From positions 1-64,000 of the IMG/VR virus record IMGVR_UViG_3300025687_005582: a stretch of DNA of 64,000 bases; one strand, written 5' to 3'. How positions within the stretch are numbered: position 1 is the first letter of the stretch; each line of letters opens with the position of its first letter. This document shows, piece by piece, positions 27,305-36,200 of the stretch. The notes beneath the pieces were generated by a model, which was not told the origin of the DNA, ran no database searches, and was given only the letters and a program-made list of their open reading frames with translations. The translations under genes and the position numbers were made by a program. The DNA comes from a virus.

Positions 27305-28259
27305 CACTACAGCAGAGAAAGATCTTTTGATAATTCATAGATGTCAAAATCGGCAGTATAATTTAAAAAAAGTGATTGATATGTACGCTCGTATGCCAGG
27401 AGTTAGAAACGTAATACTCGATCATTCAAGTCAAATATACTCTAATATATCTTACGTAGAGACGAATGGATTCGAATATTACCATCGTAAGCCAGAGGTT
27501 AATTATTTTGATATGACGCTAGAACTTCTATCAAATACCGAACAAGAATTCGTTGTTGATATTCCAGATGACGATATTACCCTCAAATCTTCATTAGCTC
27601 AATCTATAAAATTTTTAAAGCAAAATAGTGATTATGGGTCTTGTGATGGAGCATATCTACAGTCAAGAAAAGCTAATGATATTCGTATAAAATATCCAAA
27701 ATCATTATCATATCATAATGCTATTAACGCTAGAAATGTGGACGATGCTCTCGAAAGAATCGAGATGTTTTTTGTTAAATCTTATTATCCTTTGTGTCAT
27801 GCTGTTCTTCGCACGAATATAATGAGAGAAATTCATGAGATGTTTGCCGACAATGACATTCTTCGTAACAAAATAAATGCATATGACAGATTCTTTACTT
27901 TTTTAACTCTCTTGAGAGGGAAGCATAAAATTCTAGAGCTACCATTCCAGATTAGAAATGATAACGAAACACGTCGCGCCGTGAACCAAAAAGTTACCCA
28001 TAAGATGTGGAGTTTTAAAAATCTTAAACAGAACCTCTCTAAAGAGGCGGGGTGGCTAGATCCGTTGGCTAAAAAAATCTCTCAAGAATATGGTATAGAG
28101 GATATAAATGGGTTTCAAGAAGTAAATAAGATCCTGCAGCTTCACTTTAAATGTGATCCGAATCCTAATAAGAAATTTAAATCAGGAAATATTGAAAATC
28201 TTATTTCGAAAGAAGTCTTGGATGCCACAAGCATAATGTGGGAAAGAACTAAAGTTTAA
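27297..28259 (+). CDS. Putative glycosyltransferase (GT2-like, TIGR00180-type)
   Basis: ILDHS, PDDD, FLKQNSDYGSCDG, ERI, HAVLRT. Confidence 0.6.
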   Translation: MNDTTAEKDLLIIHRCQNRQYNLKKVIDMYARMPGVRNVILDHSSQIYSNISYVETNGFEYYHRKPEVNYFDMTLELLSNTEQEFVVDIPDDDITLKSSLAQSIKFLKQNSDYGSCDGAYLQSRKANDIRIKYPKSLSYHNAINARNVDDALERIEMFFVKSYYPLCHAVLRTNIMREIHEMFADNDILRNKINAYDRFFTFLTLLRGKHKILELPFQIRNDNETRRAVNQKVTHKMWSFKNLKQNLSKEAGWLDPLAKKISQEYGIEDINGFQEVNKILQLHFKCDPNPNKKFKSGNIENLISKEVLDATSIMWERTKV

Positions 28260-28271
28260 ATATATACTTAT

Positions 28272-28311
28272 TTTTAGCTTGCTAGCAGAAACAAATCTAT
28301 TGTAGAAAGGA
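28272..28311 (+). repeat. Direct repeat copy 1 (leader/RBS block)
   Basis: 32 of 40 nt identical, ungapped, to 29153..29192. Confidence 0.8.
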
Positions 28312-28322
28312 TTTTAACCAAT

Positions 28323-29123
28323 ATGTTTAAAAATTTATGGAAGATATTTGAGAAAGAAAAGAAAGAAGAGCCGGTAGAAGAGGAAGAACCTTCTCCTCAA
28401 TCTGAAGAAGGAACAGAAGAAGTCGAACCGGAGCTTGTACCAGAGAGTCTAACAGCGGCTCCAGCGCCGGAGAAGCCAGAAATAACCATACCACAACCTC
28501 CGACACCGGAATCAACTGAGGACACAAAAATAGTCTCTTCCGGAGGAAGGAATAAGTTACATATTGGATATAATAAAACAGGAACAACCTTTTTGCAGAA
28601 ACTTGTATTTCCACATTTAGAGAATTATAAAGGAAGATTATATTTGGAAGATGGCGATAAAATATGCAATCTAAGTTCACATAAAGTCGATAGACAGCCA
28701 AAACAAACTTGTCAAAATATTTTAAATCACTTCAAGGGACAGAAAGACATAATCGTATCGGCAGAATGGTTTTCACTTATACCTCATGAAGATTTATTTG
28801 AATTATTGGGCGATGATGAGTGGGACGTATTAGTAGTCACAAGAGATGTAGAAGATCTGGTAGCAAGTTGGAAAAGAAAAGGCCCATCTAGAGACTTCTT
28901 TCTCAGAAGAGAAGTCAAGAGAAGACAGATGCAGCAAGTAGTTAGAGACTTTTACAATCCAGACAATTTGAAAGTTGGAATAAAAAACTTAACAATCTTA
29001 TCTTATGAAAAGCTTTTTTCTGGAAATATGGATGAGATTCAAAGACTCTCCGATTTTCTAGGAGCAGATATAAACAAGATTTTCTTAGATAATCTTGGAA
29101 CTGTGGTAAATGGATCAAAGTGA
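28323..29123 (+). CDS. Sulfotransferase-like protein with acidic Pro-rich N-terminal extension
   Basis: LHIGYNKTGTTFLQ (5'-PSB-like), TRD..LVAS (3'-PB-like), LSYEKL. Confidence 0.65.
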   Translation: MFKNLWKIFEKEKKEEPVEEEEPSPQSEEGTEEVEPELVPESLTAAPAPEKPEITIPQPPTPESTEDTKIVSSGGRNKLHIGYNKTGTTFLQKLVFPHLENYKGRLYLEDGDKICNLSSHKVDRQPKQTCQNILNHFKGQKDIIVSAEWFSLIPHEDLFELLGDDEWDVLVVTRDVEDLVASWKRKGPSRDFFLRREVKRRQMQQVVRDFYNPDNLKVGIKNLTILSYEKLFSGNMDEIQRLSDFLGADINKIFLDNLGTVVNGSK

Positions 29124-29152
29124 TATAAATAAACTTTAAATATGTGTTTAAA

Positions 29153-29192
29153 TTTTAGTATGCTTGCAACAACAGATCCATTATAGAAAGGA
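29153..29192 (+). repeat. Direct repeat copy 2 (leader/RBS block)
   Basis: 32 of 40 nt identical to 28272..28311. Confidence 0.8.
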
Positions 29193-29198
29193 ATTATT

Positions 29199-29396
29199 AT
29201 GACGTTATCAAATCAAGCAGTTGGAGCCTTAATGATGGCTCTTCAAAGATCACTAATGGAGCAATCGGATATTGTTCCGGTGTTGACTTCAATGAATTTT
29301 GTAGCAAACCCGGATGATCCTACTGGAGATACATTGGTAGTTACCAATCCTCCAACAATAAATTTGAGCCAAGTACAGTTAAGCGAAGAGGAGTAA
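29199..29396 (+). CDS. Small hypothetical phage protein
   Basis: AAGGA RBS; 65 aa. Confidence 0.65.
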   Translation: MTLSNQAVGALMMALQRSLMEQSDIVPVLTSMNFVANPDDPTGDTLVVTNPPTINLSQVQLSEEE

Positions 29397-29399
29397 ATA

Positions 29400-29570
29400 A
29401 TGTTTAACAAAAATCGTACCACAACCACACCACGTTACCTTACAGAGGGTGAGGCAAGAGAGTTAGTAGATGAGTTGCTTCGTACAGCACTCCGGCAGCA
29501 GGCGCGAGATCTGGAGCGTCACCTATCAGATATTGATAGAAGATTAAAGGCCCTTGAGACGCGACGTTAA
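29400..29570 (+). CDS. 56-aa coiled-coil protein missing from the ORF track
   Basis: GAGGAG RBS, ATG29400, MFNKNRTTTTPRYLTEGEARELVDELLR...LKALETRR, TAATG overlap with the next gene. Confidence 0.7.
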   Translation: MFNKNRTTTTPRYLTEGEARELVDELLRTALRQQARDLERHLSDIDRRLKALETRR

Positions 29571-29818
29571 TGCCACGATATCAGTATCGCTGCAAAGCGT
29601 GTGAAGAAGTCTCAACTATATACCACCCTTCATCCGAGACGCAATCAGCTTGTCCAAAGTGTGACTCGGACTCTACTCTAGTAAAACTTTTAACAACATT
29701 TACTACGAGAAAAAAGGGAACAAAATCTAATAAGGTTGGTCAAGTTACAGAGCAATTTATAGAAGATTCGCGTCAAGAGTTAGAACAACAAAAAGAACAA
29801 CTAAATAAAAACAAATAA
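29570..29818 (+). CDS. FmdB-family zinc-ribbon protein
   Basis: MPRYQYRCKAC...CPKCDS. Confidence 0.85.
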   Translation: MPRYQYRCKACEEVSTIYHPSSETQSACPKCDSDSTLVKLLTTFTTRKKGTKSNKVGQVTEQFIEDSRQELEQQKEQLNKNK

Positions 29819-30186
29819 TGTTCATTTATATTGTATTAATCATATCCCTTATATTAAACGCACTTTTGGGTTGGTATATATCAAGGATACTGCAAAAGTT
29901 TATGTTTATCTCGGACAACATGTCTGATTTGTTTTTGACCACAAAAGCATTTCATGTGTTCGTAAAGAATATGTATAGCATGGATTCATTTCATGGAGAG
30001 CCAATCATTCAAGAGTTGGTGTTTCGTATAAAAGAAGTAAATGAAGAAATGTCCAATTTTAGAGATATATTTGAATATACAATAGACGCCGAATTGGATC
30101 AAGAACTAGAGGAAGCGCTAAATGCCGAGGAAGAAGAGCAAGAAAAATCATTACTTTACGCAGGTTCACGAAGACGCAATAGTTAA
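29818..30186 (+). CDS. Membrane-anchored hypothetical protein
   Basis: Hydrophobic N-terminal helix. Confidence 0.6.
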   Translation: MFIYIVLIISLILNALLGWYISRILQKFMFISDNMSDLFLTTKAFHVFVKNMYSMDSFHGEPIIQELVFRIKEVNEEMSNFRDIFEYTIDAELDQELEEALNAEEEEQEKSLLYAGSRRRNS

Positions 30187-30808
30187 GTATGCCCTGACAA
30201 ATGACAGGGAGCTGCGATCTAAGTTGTACGAAGAGTACATACAGCCTGCATTTGACGATATGGTAGACAAGATAATCTACACGTATCGTTTTACCACATT
30301 GCCAAACATTGACTATCTCAGAGCAGATTGCAAGGTTTGGCTTACAACAATCCTAAACAAATATGATCCTAATAAGGGCTCCAAAGCTTTTTCATATTTC
30401 TCGGTTGTAACAAAGAACTGGTTTATTCATAAAGTCAAAAGAACTAAGAAGCGTCTACAAACAGAAGTCTTTATGGAGGATGTTCTGAATGAGATGGATG
30501 AAAACCTAGTATCTGAGGAGCCTAACTATTTTGACAAAAGATCAGAAGTTGAATTTTGGATATCTCTCAGCAATGAGATAGAGACTTGGGATTCATTTAT
30601 GATAAAAGAAAACGAGAAGAAGGTTCTTATGGCTGTTCGTATTCTTTTAGACTCTGCTGATCAAATAGAAATTTTCAACAAAAAAGCTATTTACTTATAT
30701 CTTCGCGAGATAACTGGGTTAAATACCAAGCAAGTTGTAAATAACCTTAACAAGCTTCGCAAGAGGTACAGGACGTTTAAGACAAAATGGGAAAACAGCG
30801 AGATCTAA
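30122..30808 (+). CDS. Phage sigma factor (gp55-like, probably late transcription)
   Basis: KNHYF N-terminus; region 2-like KYDPNKGSKAFSYFSVVTKNWF; located just ahead of the structural block. Confidence 0.7.
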   Translation: MPRKKSKKNHYFTQVHEDAIVKYALTNDRELRSKLYEEYIQPAFDDMVDKIIYTYRFTTLPNIDYLRADCKVWLTTILNKYDPNKGSKAFSYFSVVTKNWFIHKVKRTKKRLQTEVFMEDVLNEMDENLVSEEPNYFDKRSEVEFWISLSNEIETWDSFMIKENEKKVLMAVRILLDSADQIEIFNKKAIYLYLREITGLNTKQVVNNLNKLRKRYRTFKTKWENSEI

Positions 30809-31098
30809 GTTTAGAGCATTACATAGAAGAAACCACGACAAACATCAAAGAAGATCGTGCGATGGCTAAGTCCTTGCTAATGGATGTAATGGCTGATATG
30901 AAAGCCTCTCCCGCCGATAGAAGAGAGATGGGCCCTATCGCGGCCAAGTATGTAGAAAACCTTCAAAGATCCAATGAGCAGATGGTGAAGCTCGCTGCGA
31001 TCCTTCAACGTCAAAAGACAGGCCAAGTAGGTCTCACAGCCGACGATAAAGAACAGTTGTTTGATTTGCTAAACGAGAGCAAAGAAGATGACGGGTAA
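30787..31098 (+). CDS. Hypothetical helical protein
   Basis: 103 aa ORF overlapping both neighbours. Confidence 0.6.
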   Translation: MGKQRDLSLEHYIEETTTNIKEDRAMAKSLLMDVMADMKASPADRREMGPIAAKYVENLQRSNEQMVKLAAILQRQKTGQVGLTADDKEQLFDLLNESKEDDG

Positions 31099-32215
31099 AA
31101 TCAAACTTGAAGACGTTCCCTTCGGCACCTTAAACAACCTAGCAGATGGAGGCGGTCCTTCGACTGATAGAAGAAGAACGGATCCGCTAGAGTTTCTTCG
31201 TCTTTCAACAGAGGCTGCTTACGGTAAAAATACCCTAAGAAACAAAGATACTTTTAATGGGATTGTTGTTGCATCTCGTGTTATATCTTATCCATCCTAT
31301 AAGAACAAAACCGCCTTATTTGAAGAGTATCTAGTAAAGACACAAGAAAATACCCCTGCGCAAGAAGATCGAACAAGTGATTACAATCTCTACGCATATA
31401 AAGTTTATATTCCAGAACTAGAGCCTAGGTGTATTCCGAAAGGTACGGGTGACCCGGTATTGGTTACTTATCCAGATGTATATTCAGATATGACAGATGG
31501 AGAAATCCCAATACCAAATGGTACTTTGGTATCAATAAAATATGATGATGTTGAAAATCTTTTCAATCCTAGAATCGTCGCTAAGACTGGCGGTCCAATA
31601 CAGTTGGCTGGTTTTGATACAAACGCCACAGCAGGCGCAACATTTCAAAATGGAGTGGTATCATCTTTAGACTTATCCGCAGATAATAAAAATCTCATTA
31701 ATATACCGTACCAAAATATACCAGACTTTGATGGTCCGACATTCAATGCTGATGACCTTAGAGAGGCCCTAATGGGTTTGGGATATACTGAAAAAGGCAA
31801 TGAAATATCAAACGGAGGAGACATAAACTCTGATATGTCAAGATATGGTATCGCAGTTTTTGAAAAAATCCGTGAGTTGTATCCTACAATAGATATTGAA
31901 GTTACTGGCGGTAACGATAAATATCACCAACAACTAAACTATAACAGTCGTCACAAAACCGGGAACGCATTGGATTTCGTTATCTTTCCCGACACAGAAG
32001 AAAATATTAGAAAGGTTGAGGAGGTACTACAGGGATTTTCGGCAGGAGATCAGAATTTCAGATATCTGAATGAATACGACAGCCCAACGAAAGCAGCAAC
32101 TGCAAAACACTTTCATATCTCTTACCGATTAGGTGGCACCGAAGCACAAAGAAATGTCGATGAAGCTGTAGCGCTAGCAGAGATCCGCGCGATTGAGGTT
32201 TACAGAATACAATGA
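31088..32215 (+). CDS. Baseplate hub-region protein with C-terminal peptidase M15-like domain
   Basis: TGGND, SRHKTGNALDF and HFHISY zinc motifs; position before the spike-like gene. Confidence 0.6.
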   Translation: MTGKIKLEDVPFGTLNNLADGGGPSTDRRRTDPLEFLRLSTEAAYGKNTLRNKDTFNGIVVASRVISYPSYKNKTALFEEYLVKTQENTPAQEDRTSDYNLYAYKVYIPELEPRCIPKGTGDPVLVTYPDVYSDMTDGEIPIPNGTLVSIKYDDVENLFNPRIVAKTGGPIQLAGFDTNATAGATFQNGVVSSLDLSADNKNLINIPYQNIPDFDGPTFNADDLREALMGLGYTEKGNEISNGGDINSDMSRYGIAVFEKIRELYPTIDIEVTGGNDKYHQQLNYNSRHKTGNALDFVIFPDTEENIRKVEEVLQGFSAGDQNFRYLNEYDSPTKAATAKHFHISYRLGGTEAQRNVDEAVALAEIRAIEVYRIQ

Positions 32216-33195
32216 CTACTAAAAACACTGCAATTGATTTAAGTGTTATCCCCCCAGACGAGAGGGCTGCTTATGATGCTATGTCTGAACAAGAAAAGGC
32301 AGAGTATTTTGGGTTTGGTGAAGGCACCAGAGGCAACTTCGACGTACCTGAATACATAAGCATAAAAGAAGAGACTGTGTTACAAAAAGGCAACTCTTCT
32401 ATTGTTCTTGGTTTAGATCGCCCTAACAATATTCTATCGGGATATGGGGGCTCAAAAGATACTCACTGTGCTTCCATCGACATTGTAGCTGGTCGTTTGG
32501 GATATCGAGCGCGCCGACGCGATAATCGCGGAAAGCTTTTGAATGTAGATCCAAACTTTAAGTTGGATGCTGCTCGTGTCTATATTTCTCAAAAAGCAGA
32601 CCCGGATTCTTATTTTGGATTGGCGGCGGGAATAGTTGGCAACACAAAGCCGGATAGTCCTAGAAGCACCGTGGCTATAAAAGCAGACACTTTAAGATTT
32701 GTCGCCAGAGAGAACATTAAGCTTGTTACTAGAACTGATAAGAAGAATTCTCAAGGTGGTGACGTAACGAACGCTTCTACAACTGGCTATGGTATTGATT
32801 TGATCGCCATGAACGACGACAGAGACATGCAACCACTAGTAAAGGGGTCAAACCTCCAACAGTGTCTAACAGAGACCTTAGATGCGATACACGACCTTAG
32901 AGAGTTATTCAAGAACTTTTTGGAATACAACAGAAATCTTACACAAGCTATCTTGACTCACACACACCGCTCGCCTTTCTATGGACAACTAACATCTCCT
33001 GATTTTGAAAGTATTTTGCCAAAAGGCACTGAAGCGATGATCAATACTCTCACAAATGTCGAGGCTCAGTTGATGCTTCATATGCAAAAGGTAAGTGGCA
33101 TCAAACAAAGTTATTTGCAGACACCGGGAGGTGCTGAGACTACGAAAGATGGTAAGGGCTTATTTATATTAAGCAAATATAACAATACGAATTAA
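32212..33195 (+). CDS. Central spike-like (gp5/gpV C-terminal) protein
   Basis: SSIVLGLDR, AARVYISQK, PLVKG and HTH (HxH) tip motif; baseplate context. Confidence 0.5.
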   Translation: MTTKNTAIDLSVIPPDERAAYDAMSEQEKAEYFGFGEGTRGNFDVPEYISIKEETVLQKGNSSIVLGLDRPNNILSGYGGSKDTHCASIDIVAGRLGYRARRRDNRGKLLNVDPNFKLDAARVYISQKADPDSYFGLAAGIVGNTKPDSPRSTVAIKADTLRFVARENIKLVTRTDKKNSQGGDVTNASTTGYGIDLIAMNDDRDMQPLVKGSNLQQCLTETLDAIHDLRELFKNFLEYNRNLTQAILTHTHRSPFYGQLTSPDFESILPKGTEAMINTLTNVEAQLMLHMQKVSGIKQSYLQTPGGAETTKDGKGLFILSKYNNTN

Positions 33196-33202
33196 TTAAG
33201 AC

Positions 33203-36200
33203 ATGGCTTCAATCACCACTAAGAAATACTTAAGCAAATCTTTCAATACTCCGTTTTATGATAAAAATAGCGGAACATATAAGGTAAAAATCAAAGTAAG
33301 CAGCAACGCTTTAGCTGGCGGTGTTGGATCTCAATTTGGTCTGCTATCAATCAAAGAACAGGGAGCGAGGGCGTTTGTTTCATCATATCTTCCAGAGTTC
33401 TACTCGTATTTGTTTGATGAAGAGTATTTTCAAGAACAAGCAAATGGTGATTTAGATCTAGCAGAATCCTTGATAGAAGAGATAGTAAACTCGGTTCAGT
33501 TAGAGACTTCTTATCAAACTTCGCCACCATCGGCTATGTCGATTGTGATTGTTAGGACGCTTTATAACTTTGATGATAAAAGAGAGGAGCTACTAAGTGA
33601 AGGCAATATGCCTGATTTTGAGCCGAACCTTACTTTCTTCAATCAGCGCCTTGGTATCGAAGGCGAGATATCTGAAACAACCTTAACCGTAGGTACTCTT
33701 GGAGAGCAGAACAATCTATTGAACAATGGCCTTAGAATGTTCGATACCCAATATGCAGGCTTTGAGGGGCAGATAAATCTTAATGTCGCGTTTGGTCCCC
33801 TACAAATACAAGCTACTAAGACTCTCAATAAGCTTGTAACGCTTCTATCAGAGCAGTTGAAAACGCAAGTTCCAAGTTATGATTTCTCGGAAGCAGATAC
33901 TATTACCCTTATTTTTGGTAAAAAGAATGGGAAACTTGCTATATCTAGAATAGATTACCTTCTGATCGAAGAGTCGATTCAAAGCCAGCCACTTAAAGTT
34001 GGTTATTTCCCTATCATTGAAAACAGCAACCTATTGAATGATCCAATGACTTTGGCTGTTCTGAGAAACTACCAAAGTCTTTTGACTTCTATTCAAGATA
34101 CGATTGATACAAATAGCCCTTATTCTTTTTATGACTTCCTAAACGACGACGCGGTCAAAGATTCGTTAGGTTTCGATGGAAGCATAATCGAGAACTTCCA
34201 GATCCAGCCCAAAAAAGATATGACCAATGAGCTTCTAAGGGTTGCTAACGATTATGGTCTGATAGATGTGAATAATGTTGATGACTTAGAGAAAGGCTTT
34301 AAAGATTACTTTACGTCGGAAGAATACAAGAAACTTAAAAAAGAAGTTGCTGATAATCCCGAGGTTTTCAAGAGAGTCGCCGCTGCACAAACAGTCAAGG
34401 CTTTGAATACAGCCGCACAAGTTTCAGAAGTAATCGGAGATGTCTTAGATCAAGGTCCTTTGGGACTGATAGAAAGAGCAAACCCAAAGGTTGCTTACAT
34501 CATGCGACAGTTTGGTATTGACGAAATAGCGAGAGAAGCATTTATGTGCCTGACTTTTGGAGCATCTGTTGAGGCCGGAAGAATCAATAAAGCTGTTAGA
34601 AATGCATTAGTTAGAGCTGGATCTTCAGTTTATTATCCGCCTGATGTTCCGAAAGAAGCTCCGATCAGTTTGCCGGAGGTTGATTTCACTCAGTTCCAGA
34701 TCTTCACAGTCTCTGGCGAACTTTGGAAAGAGATAGAAAAGGTAATCGTTGATACGGTTCAACAAACTGTTTTGGAAGTCATCAAAACATTAGCTGATTT
34801 ATTGAGAGAAAACTGTGCCCTAACAACACCTAGGTCTAGTGACTATGGCGAAAATGATTTAACAGATTTTATTGAAGATAATCCAAATCCCGGTACTTCC
34901 CTGTTACCAACAGTTGGCGCGGGATCTCAACTTGACCAACTATCCGGAAAGAATGGGCTTACGAATCAACAAATATTAGATTACTTATCTGCTTTGTCTT
35001 CAATATTAAGTTCTATTGATATTTGTATTCTTCTGTTAAACAGAGATGATGCTTCCGACGAGTTGATGGATAGAATATTGGAGTTCAATCAGAACTACAA
35101 CGACGAGGCTGTTGCTAGAAGATTAAGCTCTAGAACAGACATATTGGGATTCTTTGAGGACCTATCAGGCGTTGTAGATGTTACAAACCTTTGCAATGAG
35201 ATCGCCAATGAACTTTATGAGACCAATCAAGATAATGTTTGCTTGGATGAGGGTATCTTCGATGATGAGAACGTTCAAGAGCTTTTAGATTTGATTGAGA
35301 ACGGCTTACAGGTCACCCCTCCAAACTTTAACTTGGATTGTCCTGATAGTGAGTTTTTAGATCCTACAATAACTAAATCTATTCCGGAGACTTTCAACAC
35401 CTTAGCGGAAATAGTTCAGTTGCAGTTTATTGCATCTGGCGACTCTGTAAAGGAAATAATGCTTGAACCCGTTCAGAAAAATCAATCAAGAGTTCTGGAC
35501 GATATACGACAAGTAAACACTGGTTCTATTGGCGATCCGATAGATCCTGCATTCTTGGCGACTATTGTTGGCGTTTTGCAGCAAATGCAGAATGGGTTCA
35601 GTGATCTAGATGAGCAGTTACAACAATGCGATGTGGATCTATCAAGATTTTTGGGAACCGATCAGGCAGCAACTGCCGAGACAATCACGACTATTGCTCT
35701 TGCTTTATCAAGCTCTATCGCAGACCCTAACTTTAAGGATGCGATACAAAATATTATCAATAACGTTGATAATCTAGCAAATCCAGAGAATGCCTCAAAT
35801 CCAGTATTCACGGCGTATGATTTTAATCAAAACTTTTTGAATGCGTTTAGGGATTACATAATCCCTGATTCATTTGGATTTGATCCACAATCTTTATCGA
35901 CTGTAACCGAAAACTTTTATAGCTCATTTGTTTTAACAGGAGCGGTCGATGAATATAGAGATCTTGAATTGCTATTCAAGTTTGATAACGAGTTCACGCC
36001 AATATCCATAACAACATTGGATGAAAATATACCGGTGACTGTAATGTCCACGGGTTCAGATCCAAATAATCCATTCACCATAAACCTTACAGATGAGGAA
36101 GTTATTGCGGGACAGGCTCTCAATCCGGATTTAGGAACTGGTATAGAAGACATAGGAAGAATACCAAACAGCCTTTCGCTAACTTACCCTACCAGAGGTG

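Noticed and set aside
11710-29123. Bacterial O-antigen/capsule locus (host contamination or chimera)
   Set aside because: No flippase, polymerase or export genes; continuous same-strand coupling with phage genes on both sides
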